From contig CACOCP010000002.1 of NCBI GenBank assembly GCA_902625715.1, positions 13,575-77,574 on the forward strand: a DNA stretch of 64,000 nt, in the 5' to 3' direction. This DNA is from an uncultured Pelagibacteraceae bacterium (GTDB lineage: Bacteria > Pseudomonadota > Alphaproteobacteria > Pelagibacterales > Pelagibacteraceae). Under the pieces are notes generated by a model. The model had not been told where the DNA came from. It worked only from the letters and a program-made list of their open reading frames with translations, and ran no database searches. Of this stretch, positions 12,515 through 21,248 are shown piece by piece. The first letter of the stretch is position 1; every line of letters begins with the position of its first letter. Position numbers and translations under genes: made by a program.

Positions 12515-13384
12515 TTATTCTGATTTAGGTTTTATATTTCCAAAAAATTTAAAAAATTCACTATCAGGAGATAAAATCATAGATGTTTCACCTGCATTAA
12601 ATGCTTTACCGTATGCTTGCATAGATCTATAGAAAGCAAAAAACTCTGGATCTTGACCGAAGGCATCAGCGAAAATTTTATTTCTTTTACCATCACCTTC
12701 TCCTTTCATAATCTCTGATTGTTTTTGTGCATCTGCTAAAATAACAGTTACCTCTTTATCTGCAGTTGAAGTAATAGTGACCGCCATCTCAGCACCTTTT
12801 GCTCTAAATTCTTTTGCTTCTCTCTCCCTTTCTGTCTGCATTCTTCTAAAAATTGCATCACTGTTTGCTTGTGGAAGATCAGCTCTTTTAATTCTAACAT
12901 CAACAATTTTAATTCCAAAATTTTCAGCTTCATTGTTTACGCCCTCTTGAATTAAAGCCATTTGTTTTGTTCTGTCTTGTGATAATAGAGTTTGAAGTTC
13001 CTGTTGACCAAGAACGTTTCTTATTCTTGAGTTAATAATTGTTGAAAGTCTTGATCTTGCAACTCTTTCATTTCCAACAGAAATGTAAAATTTTAGTGGA
13101 TCTACTATTTGAAATCTTGCAAATGCATCAACTATTAGTCTTTTTTGATCTGAAGCAATTACCTCTTCAGGCGGAGTATCAAGATTTAAAATTCTTTTAT
13201 CTAAAAATACAACGTTTTGAATGAACGGAATTTTAAAGTTTAAACCTGGTTTTAATAAAATTCTTTTCGGATCACCAAATTGAAGCACTATTGCTTGATT
13301 AACTTCTTTTACAACAAACACTGAAAAGAAAATTGTTGCAGCAATTAAAATTAAAATCGGGATTAAAATTTTACCAGCTTTCAT
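12515..13384 (-). CDS. hflC: FtsH modulator HflC
   Basis: SPFH domain, DVRIKRADLP, RMQTERERE, DPEFFAFYRSM. Confidence 0.97.
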   Translation of the reverse strand: MKAGKILIPILILIAATIFFSVFVVKEVNQAIVLQFGDPKRILLKPGLNFKIPFIQNVVFLDKRILNLDTPPEEVIASDQKRLIVDAFARFQIVDPLKFYISVGNERVARSRLSTIINSRIRNVLGQQELQTLLSQDRTKQMALIQEGVNNEAENFGIKIVDVRIKRADLPQANSDAIFRRMQTEREREAKEFRAKGAEMAVTITSTADKEVTVILADAQKQSEIMKGEGDGKRNKIFADAFGQDPEFFAFYRSMQAYGKAFNAGETSMILSPDSEFFKFFGNIKPKSE

Positions 13385-14476
13385 TTAATTATTCTCCGCT
13401 TTTTTAAGTTCAGGAAGTGGTAAATACGGAACTACTCCTGACCCTGAATTTTTATCAATTATAATTTTATTAATGTCACCTAAAACTGTTTCCATTGTCT
13501 CTAAGAACATTCTTTCTTGTGTTACTTCTTTAGCTTTTGCATATTCGTTATAAATTGCTAAAAACCTACTTGCTTCACCTTCTGCTTTTGCAACTACCTC
13601 TTTTTTGTATGCTTCAGCAGCTTGTAAAATTTTTTGTGCTTCTCCCCGTGCTCTTGGTATTACATCGTTTGCATAAGCTTCTGCCTCGTTTTTTGATCTT
13701 TCCATGTCTGCTCTTGCGGCTTGAACATCTCTAAATGCATCAATTACTTGATCTGGTGGATCTGCTTTTTGTGTTTGAACTTGTGTAATTTGAATACCAG
13801 AAGTGTATTCATCTAAAATTTTTTGAATAATTTCTTGAGTTTCTGTTTCGATTACTGATCTACCCTCTGTTAAAATAGGCTGAATATCAGATCTTGCGAT
13901 TACTTCTCTCATTGCAGTTTCTGCAGCAGCTTTAACGGTTCCTTCTGGATCTTGAATTTTAAATAAAAAATTTCCTGCATCTTTTATTACCCAAAATACT
14001 GAAAAATCGATGTTAACAATATTTTCATCACCAGTTAACATTAAGCTTTCTTCTGGCACATCAGCAACACCACCTGATGAAAATCCACTATCTCTTTCAG
14101 ATCTAAACCCAATGTCCATCCTGTTTACTTTTGTAACTTTTGGAGTGATCACACTCTCAATTGGATATGGGAAATGATAATTTAGACCGGGCTGAGTAGT
14201 ATTTACAAATTTTCCAAATCTTAAAACAACTCCTTGTTCATCTGGTAGTACTCTATAAAGTCCGCTAAGTCCCCAAAGAGTAGCGATAATAAGCAAACCA
14301 ACAATTATTGGTTTGGCACCACCTTTGCCGCCACCTAAAAATCTGTTTAATAATGTTTGAATTTTTTTAATAACTTCATCAATATCAGGTGGGGTTGGGC
14401 CTCTTCTAAATCCACCGTTACCTCCACCTCCTCCTGGAGGGCTGCCCCATGGGCTTTGATTTTTGAAATCATTCAT
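13385..14476 (-). CDS. hflK: FtsH modulator HflK
   Basis: PWG/Gly-rich N-terminus, MLTGDENIV, AFRDVQAA. Confidence 0.97.
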   Translation of the reverse strand: MNDFKNQSPWGSPPGGGGGNGGFRRGPTPPDIDEVIKKIQTLLNRFLGGGKGGAKPIIVGLLIIATLWGLSGLYRVLPDEQGVVLRFGKFVNTTQPGLNYHFPYPIESVITPKVTKVNRMDIGFRSERDSGFSSGGVADVPEESLMLTGDENIVNIDFSVFWVIKDAGNFLFKIQDPEGTVKAAAETAMREVIARSDIQPILTEGRSVIETETQEIIQKILDEYTSGIQITQVQTQKADPPDQVIDAFRDVQAARADMERSKNEAEAYANDVIPRARGEAQKILQAAEAYKKEVVAKAEGEASRFLAIYNEYAKAKEVTQERMFLETMETVLGDINKIIIDKNSGSGVVPYLPLPELKKAENN

Positions 14477-14486
14477 AAGTCACTCT

Positions 14487-14514
14487 ATATAGTGTCTTTA
14501 TTAGTAAAAACAAG
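14487..14514 (-). promoter_or_regulatory. Possible sigma32 (RpoH) promoter of hflKC-degP
   Basis: CTTG-N17-ACTATAT, close to the alphaproteobacterial RpoH consensus CTTG-N17/18-CYTATNT. Confidence 0.4.
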
Positions 14515-14528
14515 GTAATGGTATTTTA

Positions 14529-15353
14529 ATGGATAAGAAAAAAGTAGGCCTTAGTGACACAATGAAGGCTAAAACAGAGCCAAAAACCTTTCGAAAAAAC
14601 CCTATACTAGGTACAAAATTTACAATTGCAATCTCAAGTGCAAAAGGTGGAGTTGGTAAATCTACTTTTGCTACGAATCTGGCATTAGCTTTAAAAAAAG
14701 TTGGTTGCAAAGTTGGATTATTAGATGCAGATATCTATGGCCCATCCCTTCCAAAATTATTTTCAATTAATGAAAAACCTGAAAGCGATGGTCAAACTTT
14801 AAAACCAATTATTAAGTATGATATTCAGTGCATGTCTATTGGTTTTTTAACTGATGAACAAACTCCCATGATTTGGCGAGGACCAATGGTAACTAGTGCT
14901 ATTAAAACATTTACTCAAAAAGTTGCTTGGAAAGATTTAGATTTTATTATTGTTGATATGCCTCCAGGAACAGGAGACACCCAATTAACATTTGCTCAAG
15001 AAATAAATATGAATGGGGCAATTATTGTTTCCACTCCTCAAGAAATTGCGCTTTCAGACGTTAAAAGAGGAATAAGAATGTTTGAAAAATTGAAAGTAAA
15101 AATAATCGGTTTAATAGATAATATGAGCTACTTTATTGGAGATGATGGAAAAAAATATCCAATCTTTGGTGAAGGTGGTGTTAAAAGAACTGCAGAGGAA
15201 TTTCAAAAAGAATTTTTAGGTGAAATACCAATTAATTCAGAAGTTGGAAAACAAGGTGATTTGGGATCTCCAATAGTTGAAAGTAAACCCGATCATGAAA
15301 TTTCTAAGATTTATTTAGAACTTGCAACTAAAATTAAATCAAATTATCTTTAA
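14529..15353 (+). CDS. mrp: Mrp/ApbC/NBP35 family P-loop ATPase (short form, CxxC absent)
   Basis: [31 protein letters not shown] motifs. Confidence 0.93.
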   Translation: MDKKKVGLSDTMKAKTEPKTFRKNPILGTKFTIAISSAKGGVGKSTFATNLALALKKVGCKVGLLDADIYGPSLPKLFSINEKPESDGQTLKPIIKYDIQCMSIGFLTDEQTPMIWRGPMVTSAIKTFTQKVAWKDLDFIIVDMPPGTGDTQLTFAQEINMNGAIIVSTPQEIALSDVKRGIRMFEKLKVKIIGLIDNMSYFIGDDGKKYPIFGEGGVKRTAEEFQKEFLGEIPINSEVGKQGDLGSPIVESKPDHEISKIYLELATKIKSNYL

Positions 15354-16281
15354 GATCAAAAGCTTCCATCAATTCATTCCATTCTCTTTTAGAAAGTCCT
15401 GATTGATCCATGTCAACTTTATCACCTTTAATTAGTTTTTTAATTATTTCTTTTCCTTTTGCAGAGACTTCTGTTCCTCCTACTCTATAATCCATAAATG
15501 CCTCATAAGTTATGGGTACCCATTTTTTAACTGTATCCAACATTATATCTGCATAGGCTCGTATTTCATATTGAGCGTGGTGATCAGCTCGTAATCTTAA
15601 AAAATTCATTAAGTTTAACAAATCTGTTTTCCAATACCACTGTGTATAGGTATTTAAAGTTAAATTCATACGTGCAAGTTCCCTTGCAAGTCCCACTGCA
15701 TTTTCATCAATTACAGAACCATCGTATCTTTCATTAAGCATTGTTTGATAATTATTGTATGTCTGCTCAGCGTCTCCTTTTAAAAGTTCTAAAACTTCTT
15801 TAGCTTTTTCACCTTCAAGAACATCTCCTCTTCCTTGTCTATTGCTTTGTGACTGTGCAGCTAAATTCTCAGGTGCAGGTAAATAAAACTCCTTATCAAG
15901 GATAGAATATCTTGCAGAATATTCATTTACATTTGCGGTTCTATGCCTGATCCATTGTCTTGCAATAAATATTGGAAGTTTAACGTGATATTTAATTTCA
16001 CACATTTCAAATGGAGTGCTATGCCAGTGTCTCATTAAATATTTAATTAATCCTTCATCTGTTGAAACTTTCTTTGTCCCTTTACCATATGAAACTCTAG
16101 CTGATTGAACTATCGAGGTGTCATCGCCCATATAGTCAACTACCCTAATAAATCCATGATCTAATATTGGCAGAGCTTCATAGAGAATTTTCTCTAATTC
16201 TGGCGCTGTTACTCTTTTAGTCTTATATTCCTGTGATTGTTGATCTTTAATTTCTTGTGCTTGTTCACTAGTTAATTTCAT
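15334..16281 (-). CDS. thyX: FAD-dependent thymidylate synthase
   Basis: [14 protein letters not shown] motif, HSTPFE, HAQYEIR. Confidence 0.98.
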   Translation of the reverse strand: MKLTSEQAQEIKDQQSQEYKTKRVTAPELEKILYEALPILDHGFIRVVDYMGDDTSIVQSARVSYGKGTKKVSTDEGLIKYLMRHWHSTPFEMCEIKYHVKLPIFIARQWIRHRTANVNEYSARYSILDKEFYLPAPENLAAQSQSNRQGRGDVLEGEKAKEVLELLKGDAEQTYNNYQTMLNERYDGSVIDENAVGLARELARMNLTLNTYTQWYWKTDLLNLMNFLRLRADHHAQYEIRAYADIMLDTVKKWVPITYEAFMDYRVGGTEVSAKGKEIIKKLIKGDKVDMDQSGLSKREWNELMEAFDLKDNLI

Positions 16282-16325
16282 GAATAAATTATTGAATCTC
16301 TATAATTAGGTTTTATATTAATAAG

Positions 16326-16585
16326 GTTGGTTTTCCAACTATGACGATAAACGAATTTCGTAATAACCATTACGGACGTGGGGGCAGTACCCACCACCTC
16401 CACCATTTTCAACTTACGGGGGTGAATTAGGATCGACGGGTGTCTAAAAGTTATTCTTTCGTTCGGTATTGTTCCGCCGTGATGGGCTAATTAATAAATG
16501 CTAACGAAAGTTACGCACTTGCAGCTTAATTAATTTATTAATTAGGTTACGGGGTTTGGGGCACCTGGCAACAGAACGCCCCTCT
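16326..16585 (+). ncRNA. ssrA: Permuted two-piece tmRNA (alphaproteobacterial type); outer ends approximate
   Basis: Acceptor piece ends GTGGG-GGCAGTA-CCCAC-CACCTCC-ACCA (CCA at 16403-16405); 12-nt spacer; coding piece starts GGGGGTG at 16418 (G3:U70 Ala identity); tag reading frame ANESYALAA* at 16500-16529. Confidence 0.95.
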
Positions 16586-16609
16586 TTTAAAATTTCATTT
16601 TCTAATCTA

Positions 16610-16695
16610 TGGTGCGGCCAGAGAGACTCGAACTCTCATGGGCTAGGCCCACACGGCCCTCAACCGTGCCTGTCTACCAATTTCAGCATGGCCGC
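16610..16695 (-). tRNA. tRNA-Leu(GAG)
   Basis: Cloverleaf GCGGCCA...; anticodon arm CACGG-TTGAGGG-CCGTG; long variable arm; GTTCGAGTC; encoded CCA. Confidence 0.97.
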
Positions 16696-16753
16696 AAATT
16701 ATGTCTCAGATTAATTGAATGACAATTCTAATTCAAGTTGATAAGTTTTTAAT

Positions 16754-17743
16754 ATGGAATTCACTGCTGAAATAAAAAAAGCAACCAGTTCAATTTACGA
16801 AAAAGTACAAAAAAAAATTCCAGAAATTGAATGGGCTACACACGCTCCATATATTTATAAAATCAATAAGCTTAAAAAAGAAAAAAATGCTGTAATTTTA
16901 GCGCATAATTATCAAACACCAGAAATTTACCATGGTATTTCAGATTTTTCTGCGGACTCTTTGGCTTTAGCTGTTGAAGCTGCAAAAACAAAAGCAGATA
17001 TAATTGTTATGTGCGGTGTTCATTTTATGGCTGAAACGGCAAAATTAATGAGCCCTGAAAAAAAAGTATTATTACCTGATATGCAAGCAGGATGTTCTTT
17101 ATCTTCTTCTATTACAGGCGATGATGTTAGGAAATTAAAAAAACAATATCCAGGTGTTCCTGTAGTTTCTTATGTAAATACCTCTGCCGAAGTAAAAGCT
17201 GAAACTGACGTATGTTGTACGTCAGCAAATGCAGTTAAGATTGTAGAGTCTCTGAATGTCAAAAAAGTTATATTTTTACCTGATGACTTTTTAGCTAAAT
17301 ATGTTGCTTCGCAAACTGATACTGAAATTATATCATGGAAAGGAACTTGTGAGGTTCATGAACAATTTAAAGATGAGGAAATAAATGAAATAAGAAAAGC
17401 TAATCCAGGTATTAAAATAATTGCACATCCTGAGTGCCCTCCTGATGTTATTCAAGCATCTGATTTTGCAGGGTCAACTAGCGGTATGATAAAATATGTG
17501 AGAGATAATCAACCAGAAAAAGTTATGATGGTAACTGAATGCTCAATGAGTGACAATGTCCAAATAGATAATCCAAATGTTGAATTTATTAGACCATGCA
17601 ATCTATGTCCTCACATGAAAAGAATTACACTGCCTAAAATATTAAATTGTTTGGAAAATGAGTCTAATGAACTTGTAATGGATGATCAAACTATTGCAAA
17701 AGCAAGAAAGTCTGTAGAAAGAATGGCAGAAATAGGCAGATAA
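16754..17743 (+). CDS. nadA: Quinolinate synthase A
   Basis: LAHNYQ, CGVHFMAETAK, AGCSL, AHPECP, CPHMK. Confidence 0.98.
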   Translation: MEFTAEIKKATSSIYEKVQKKIPEIEWATHAPYIYKINKLKKEKNAVILAHNYQTPEIYHGISDFSADSLALAVEAAKTKADIIVMCGVHFMAETAKLMSPEKKVLLPDMQAGCSLSSSITGDDVRKLKKQYPGVPVVSYVNTSAEVKAETDVCCTSANAVKIVESLNVKKVIFLPDDFLAKYVASQTDTEIISWKGTCEVHEQFKDEEINEIRKANPGIKIIAHPECPPDVIQASDFAGSTSGMIKYVRDNQPEKVMMVTECSMSDNVQIDNPNVEFIRPCNLCPHMKRITLPKILNCLENESNELVMDDQTIAKARKSVERMAEIGR

Positions 17744-17748
17744 AATCT

Positions 17749-18585
17749 GTGTCAAATATTCTATTAAGCAATAAATTTATAAAATCTATATGTAAATTAG
17801 CTTTGAATGAAGATCTTTATCCCTCAGGTGATATAACTTCAGATCTTATAAATAATAACATCAATAAAAAAGTTAAAATGATAAGTAATCAAGGTGGAAT
17901 TATTGGCGGTTTAGCATTTGCAAAAGAAACATTTAAATTAATTGATAAAAAAATAAAATTTACAATAAAAAAAAAAGAAGGCTCATATATACATAAAGGT
18001 AATATTGTAGCAATAATAGAAGGTAATCTAAAGAATATACTAATAGGAGAAAGAGTTGCCTTAAACTTTGTTTCCCATATCTCGGGTATTGCATCAAAAA
18101 CAAACAAATTTGTAAGACTGGCTGGAAAAAAAACCAAGGTATGTTGTACTAGGAAAACTATCCCAAATTTAAGAGTAATTCAAAAATATGCAGTCAAATT
18201 AGGTGGAGGGATTAATCATCGATTTAATTTAAGTGATGAATTTTTAATTAAAGATAACCATCTTAGTTCGGAAAAGAATTTTGAAAATATTATTAAAAGG
18301 GCGATTAAAAACAAAAAAAGAAGAAAAATTACTGTAGAGGTTGATAATTTAAAACAATTAAACAAAATATACGGACTAAAATTTGATACAGTTTTACTAG
18401 ACAATATGAGTATTCAAAACCTAAAAGAGGCTGTTAAATTAGTTAAAAAAAAGTATATAACAGAAGCTTCAGGTGGCGTTAATTTGAATAATATTAAAAA
18501 AATAGCATCAACTGGGGTTGATAGAGTTTCAATTGGAATGTTAACTCAGAGCGTTTCTGCAATTGACGTAAAACTAGAAATATAA
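17749..18585 (+). CDS. nadC: Quinolinate phosphoribosyltransferase
   Basis: ERVALN, TRKTIP, NHRFNLSD, IKDNH, LLDN, EASGG. Confidence 0.97.
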   Translation: MSNILLSNKFIKSICKLALNEDLYPSGDITSDLINNNINKKVKMISNQGGIIGGLAFAKETFKLIDKKIKFTIKKKEGSYIHKGNIVAIIEGNLKNILIGERVALNFVSHISGIASKTNKFVRLAGKKTKVCCTRKTIPNLRVIQKYAVKLGGGINHRFNLSDEFLIKDNHLSSEKNFENIIKRAIKNKKRRKITVEVDNLKQLNKIYGLKFDTVLLDNMSIQNLKEAVKLVKKKYITEASGGVNLNNIKKIASTGVDRVSIGMLTQSVSAIDVKLEI

Positions 18586-18590
18586 TTTGT

Positions 18591-21248
18591 TTATTTTTTT
18601 AATTGTGCTTGAGCTGCAGCTAATCTTGCTACTGGAACCCTGTAAGGAGAACACGAAACATAGTTTAGTCCTATTTTAGCACAAAGTTCAATACTTTTTG
18701 GGTCTCCTCCATGTTCTCCGCATATACCTAACTTTATTTTTTTATTTTGCATTCGCCCTTTTTCAGAAGCCATTTCAATTAAGTCTCCTACTCCTTCGTC
18801 AATTGATACAAAGGGATCTATATCAAATATTTTATTTTCAATGTAATCATTTAGAAATTTACCACTATCGTCTCTGCTTATACCAAACGTAGTTTGCGTT
18901 AAGTCATTAGTTCCAAAACTGAAAAATTCTGCATGTTTAGCAATATCATTTGCTTTTATCGCAGCTCTAGGCAATTCAATCATTGTACCTACCAAAAAAT
19001 TTAACTTTATTTTTTTTTCACTCTCAACTTGTTTCGCAGTCCTTATCACTAAATCTTTCATAATTTTTATTTCGGTTTCTGTTGAAACTAAAGGTATCAT
19101 TATTTCTGGTATTATTGATTTAACTTTTTGTTTTTTGCATTGAACCAAAGCTTCAAAAATTGCTCTACACTGCATTTCATAAATTTCAGGAAAAGATATT
19201 CCAAGTCTACAACCTCTGTGCCCAAGCATTGGATTTTGTTCATGAAGTTCGGTAATTCTTACCTTTAATTCCCTAATTGGAATATTTAATGAGCTTGCAA
19301 CTTCGCCTATTTCCTTATCAGTTCTTGGTAAAAATTCATGTAATGGAGGGTCTAATAATCTAACTGTTACTGGCAAACCATTCATAATTTTGAAAATATC
19401 AATAAAATCTTTTTTCTGATGTGGTAACAATTTTGAAAGTGCTAACAGTCTATCATCTTTAGTTTTTGATAGAATCATTTCTCTAACTGATAATATTCTC
19501 TCCTCGTCGAAAAACATGTGCTCAGTTCTACATAACCCAATTCCTTCTGCTCCAAAATCTCTTGCAGTTTTACTATCAATAGGTGTCTCTGAATTTGATC
19601 GTATTTTTAGTTTTCTATAATTGTCAGCCCAATTCATAAGCTTAGAAAATTCACCTGAAATTTCTGGCTTAACAGTTTTCACTTCACCTAGAATTATCCT
19701 ACCAGTAGATCCATCAATAGTGATTAAATCTCCTTCTTTTATTTCTCTATCTTGAACTTTGAATAATTTTTTCTCATAATCAATTTCGATTTCACTTGAG
19801 CCTGATACACAAGGTCTTCCCATTCCTCTAGCCACTACAGCTGCATGACTGGTCATACCTCCTCTTGCAGTTAATATGCCTTTAGCAGCGTGCATGCCAT
19901 GAATATCTTCGGGTGAAGTTTCAACTCGAACTAATATAGCATTTTGCATTGATGCGTTTAGCCTTTCAGCATCGTCTGATGTAAATACTACTTTGCCACT
20001 TGCTGCACCTGGTGATGCCGGCAATCCCTTTGTAATTATTTCTATATTTGATTTTTCATCTAAAGTTGGGTGAAGCAAAGTATCTAAAGAATTTGGTTCA
20101 ACTCTCAATACTGCCTCTTTTTTTGAAATTAAATTTTCTTTGACCATATCAACAGCAATTTTTACAGCTGACTTAGCTGTTCTTTTTCCTGATCTAGTTT
20201 GAAGCATCCAAAGTTTTTTATTTTCAACTGTAAATTCAACATCCTGCATATCTTTGTAATGTTTCTCTAATTTATATAATATTTTTTTTAATTCTTTGTA
20301 TACGATGGGCATAGACTCTTCCATTGATGGTAAGCTTTCATTTGAGGCTATTCTTGCTTTTTTAGTTATGTGTTGTGGCGTTCTTGTTCCTGCAACAACA
20401 TCTTCTCCCTGTGCATTAATTAAATATTCCCCGTATATCTGGTGATTGCCATTGGATGGGTTCCTTGTAAACACCACTCCTGTTGCGCAATCATTGCCCA
20501 TGTTTCCAAAAACCATTGACTGAACATTGACTGCTGTACCCCACTCTGATGGAATTTGATTTAACTTTCTGTAAACCTTAGCTCTATGACTTTCCCAAGA
20601 TAAAAAAACTGCACTAATTGCTCCAAACAATTGCTCTCTTACGTTTTGAGGAAATTCTTTATTTGTTTTTTTTTTAACAATATTTTTAAAATCTTTTATT
20701 AATCCAGCCCAATCATTCTCATCCAATTCTGTATCTAACAACACGCCTTTTGTTAATTTATAATTTTCAATTAATTCCTCAAAATTATAATTCTCAACTC
20801 CTAAAACAACATTTGAATACATTTGAATAAAACGTCTGTAGCTATCTTTTGCAAAACGCAGATTAGAAGTTTTATTTGCAAGAGCGTGGACTGTTTCATC
20901 ATTAAGTCCTAAATTTAAAATAGTATCCATCATGCCTGGCATAGATACTCTTGCTCCAGACCTTACTGAAACTAATAATGGGTTATTCAAATCTCCAAAC
21001 TTTTTTCCAGTGTCTTTCTCAATATTTTTTAACTCTTTATCAATCTCCCCTAAAATTCTATGATTTATTTTCCTTTTATTTTTATAAAATAACTCGCAAA
21101 CTTCTGTGGAGATTGTAAAACCTGGAGGTACTGGTAAGCCCATTCTGCCCATTTCAGATAAATTAGCACCTTTTCCACCCAATATATTTTTTGATAAATT
21201 TATTTTATTTGAAACTTTAGATTTAAAATTAAATATATACTTTTTCAT
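18591..21248 (-). CDS. ppdK: Pyruvate phosphate dikinase
   Basis: GGKGANL, SMPGMMDT, GGMTSHAAVVAR, GLCRTEHMF. Confidence 0.99.
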   Translation of the reverse strand: MKKYIFNFKSKVSNKINLSKNILGGKGANLSEMGRMGLPVPPGFTISTEVCELFYKNKRKINHRILGEIDKELKNIEKDTGKKFGDLNNPLLVSVRSGARVSMPGMMDTILNLGLNDETVHALANKTSNLRFAKDSYRRFIQMYSNVVLGVENYNFEELIENYKLTKGVLLDTELDENDWAGLIKDFKNIVKKKTNKEFPQNVREQLFGAISAVFLSWESHRAKVYRKLNQIPSEWGTAVNVQSMVFGNMGNDCATGVVFTRNPSNGNHQIYGEYLINAQGEDVVAGTRTPQHITKKARIASNESLPSMEESMPIVYKELKKILYKLEKHYKDMQDVEFTVENKKLWMLQTRSGKRTAKSAVKIAVDMVKENLISKKEAVLRVEPNSLDTLLHPTLDEKSNIEIITKGLPASPGAASGKVVFTSDDAERLNASMQNAILVRVETSPEDIHGMHAAKGILTARGGMTSHAAVVARGMGRPCVSGSSEIEIDYEKKLFKVQDREIKEGDLITIDGSTGRIILGEVKTVKPEISGEFSKLMNWADNYRKLKIRSNSETPIDSKTARDFGAEGIGLCRTEHMFFDEERILSVREMILSKTKDDRLLALSKLLPHQKKDFIDIFKIMNGLPVTVRLLDPPLHEFLPRTDKEIGEVASSLNIPIRELKVRITELHEQNPMLGHRGCRLGISFPEIYEMQCRAIFEALVQCKKQKVKSIIPEIMIPLVSTETEIKIMKDLVIRTAKQVESEKKIKLNFLVGTMIELPRAAIKANDIAKHAEFFSFGTNDLTQTTFGISRDDSGKFLNDYIENKIFDIDPFVSIDEGVGDLIEMASEKGRMQNKKIKLGICGEHGGDPKSIELCAKIGLNYVSCSPYRVPVARLAAAQAQLKK

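Noticed and set aside
14400-14455. Locally GC-rich segment suggesting a structured RNA
   Set aside because: Encodes the Pro/Gly-rich HflK N-terminus
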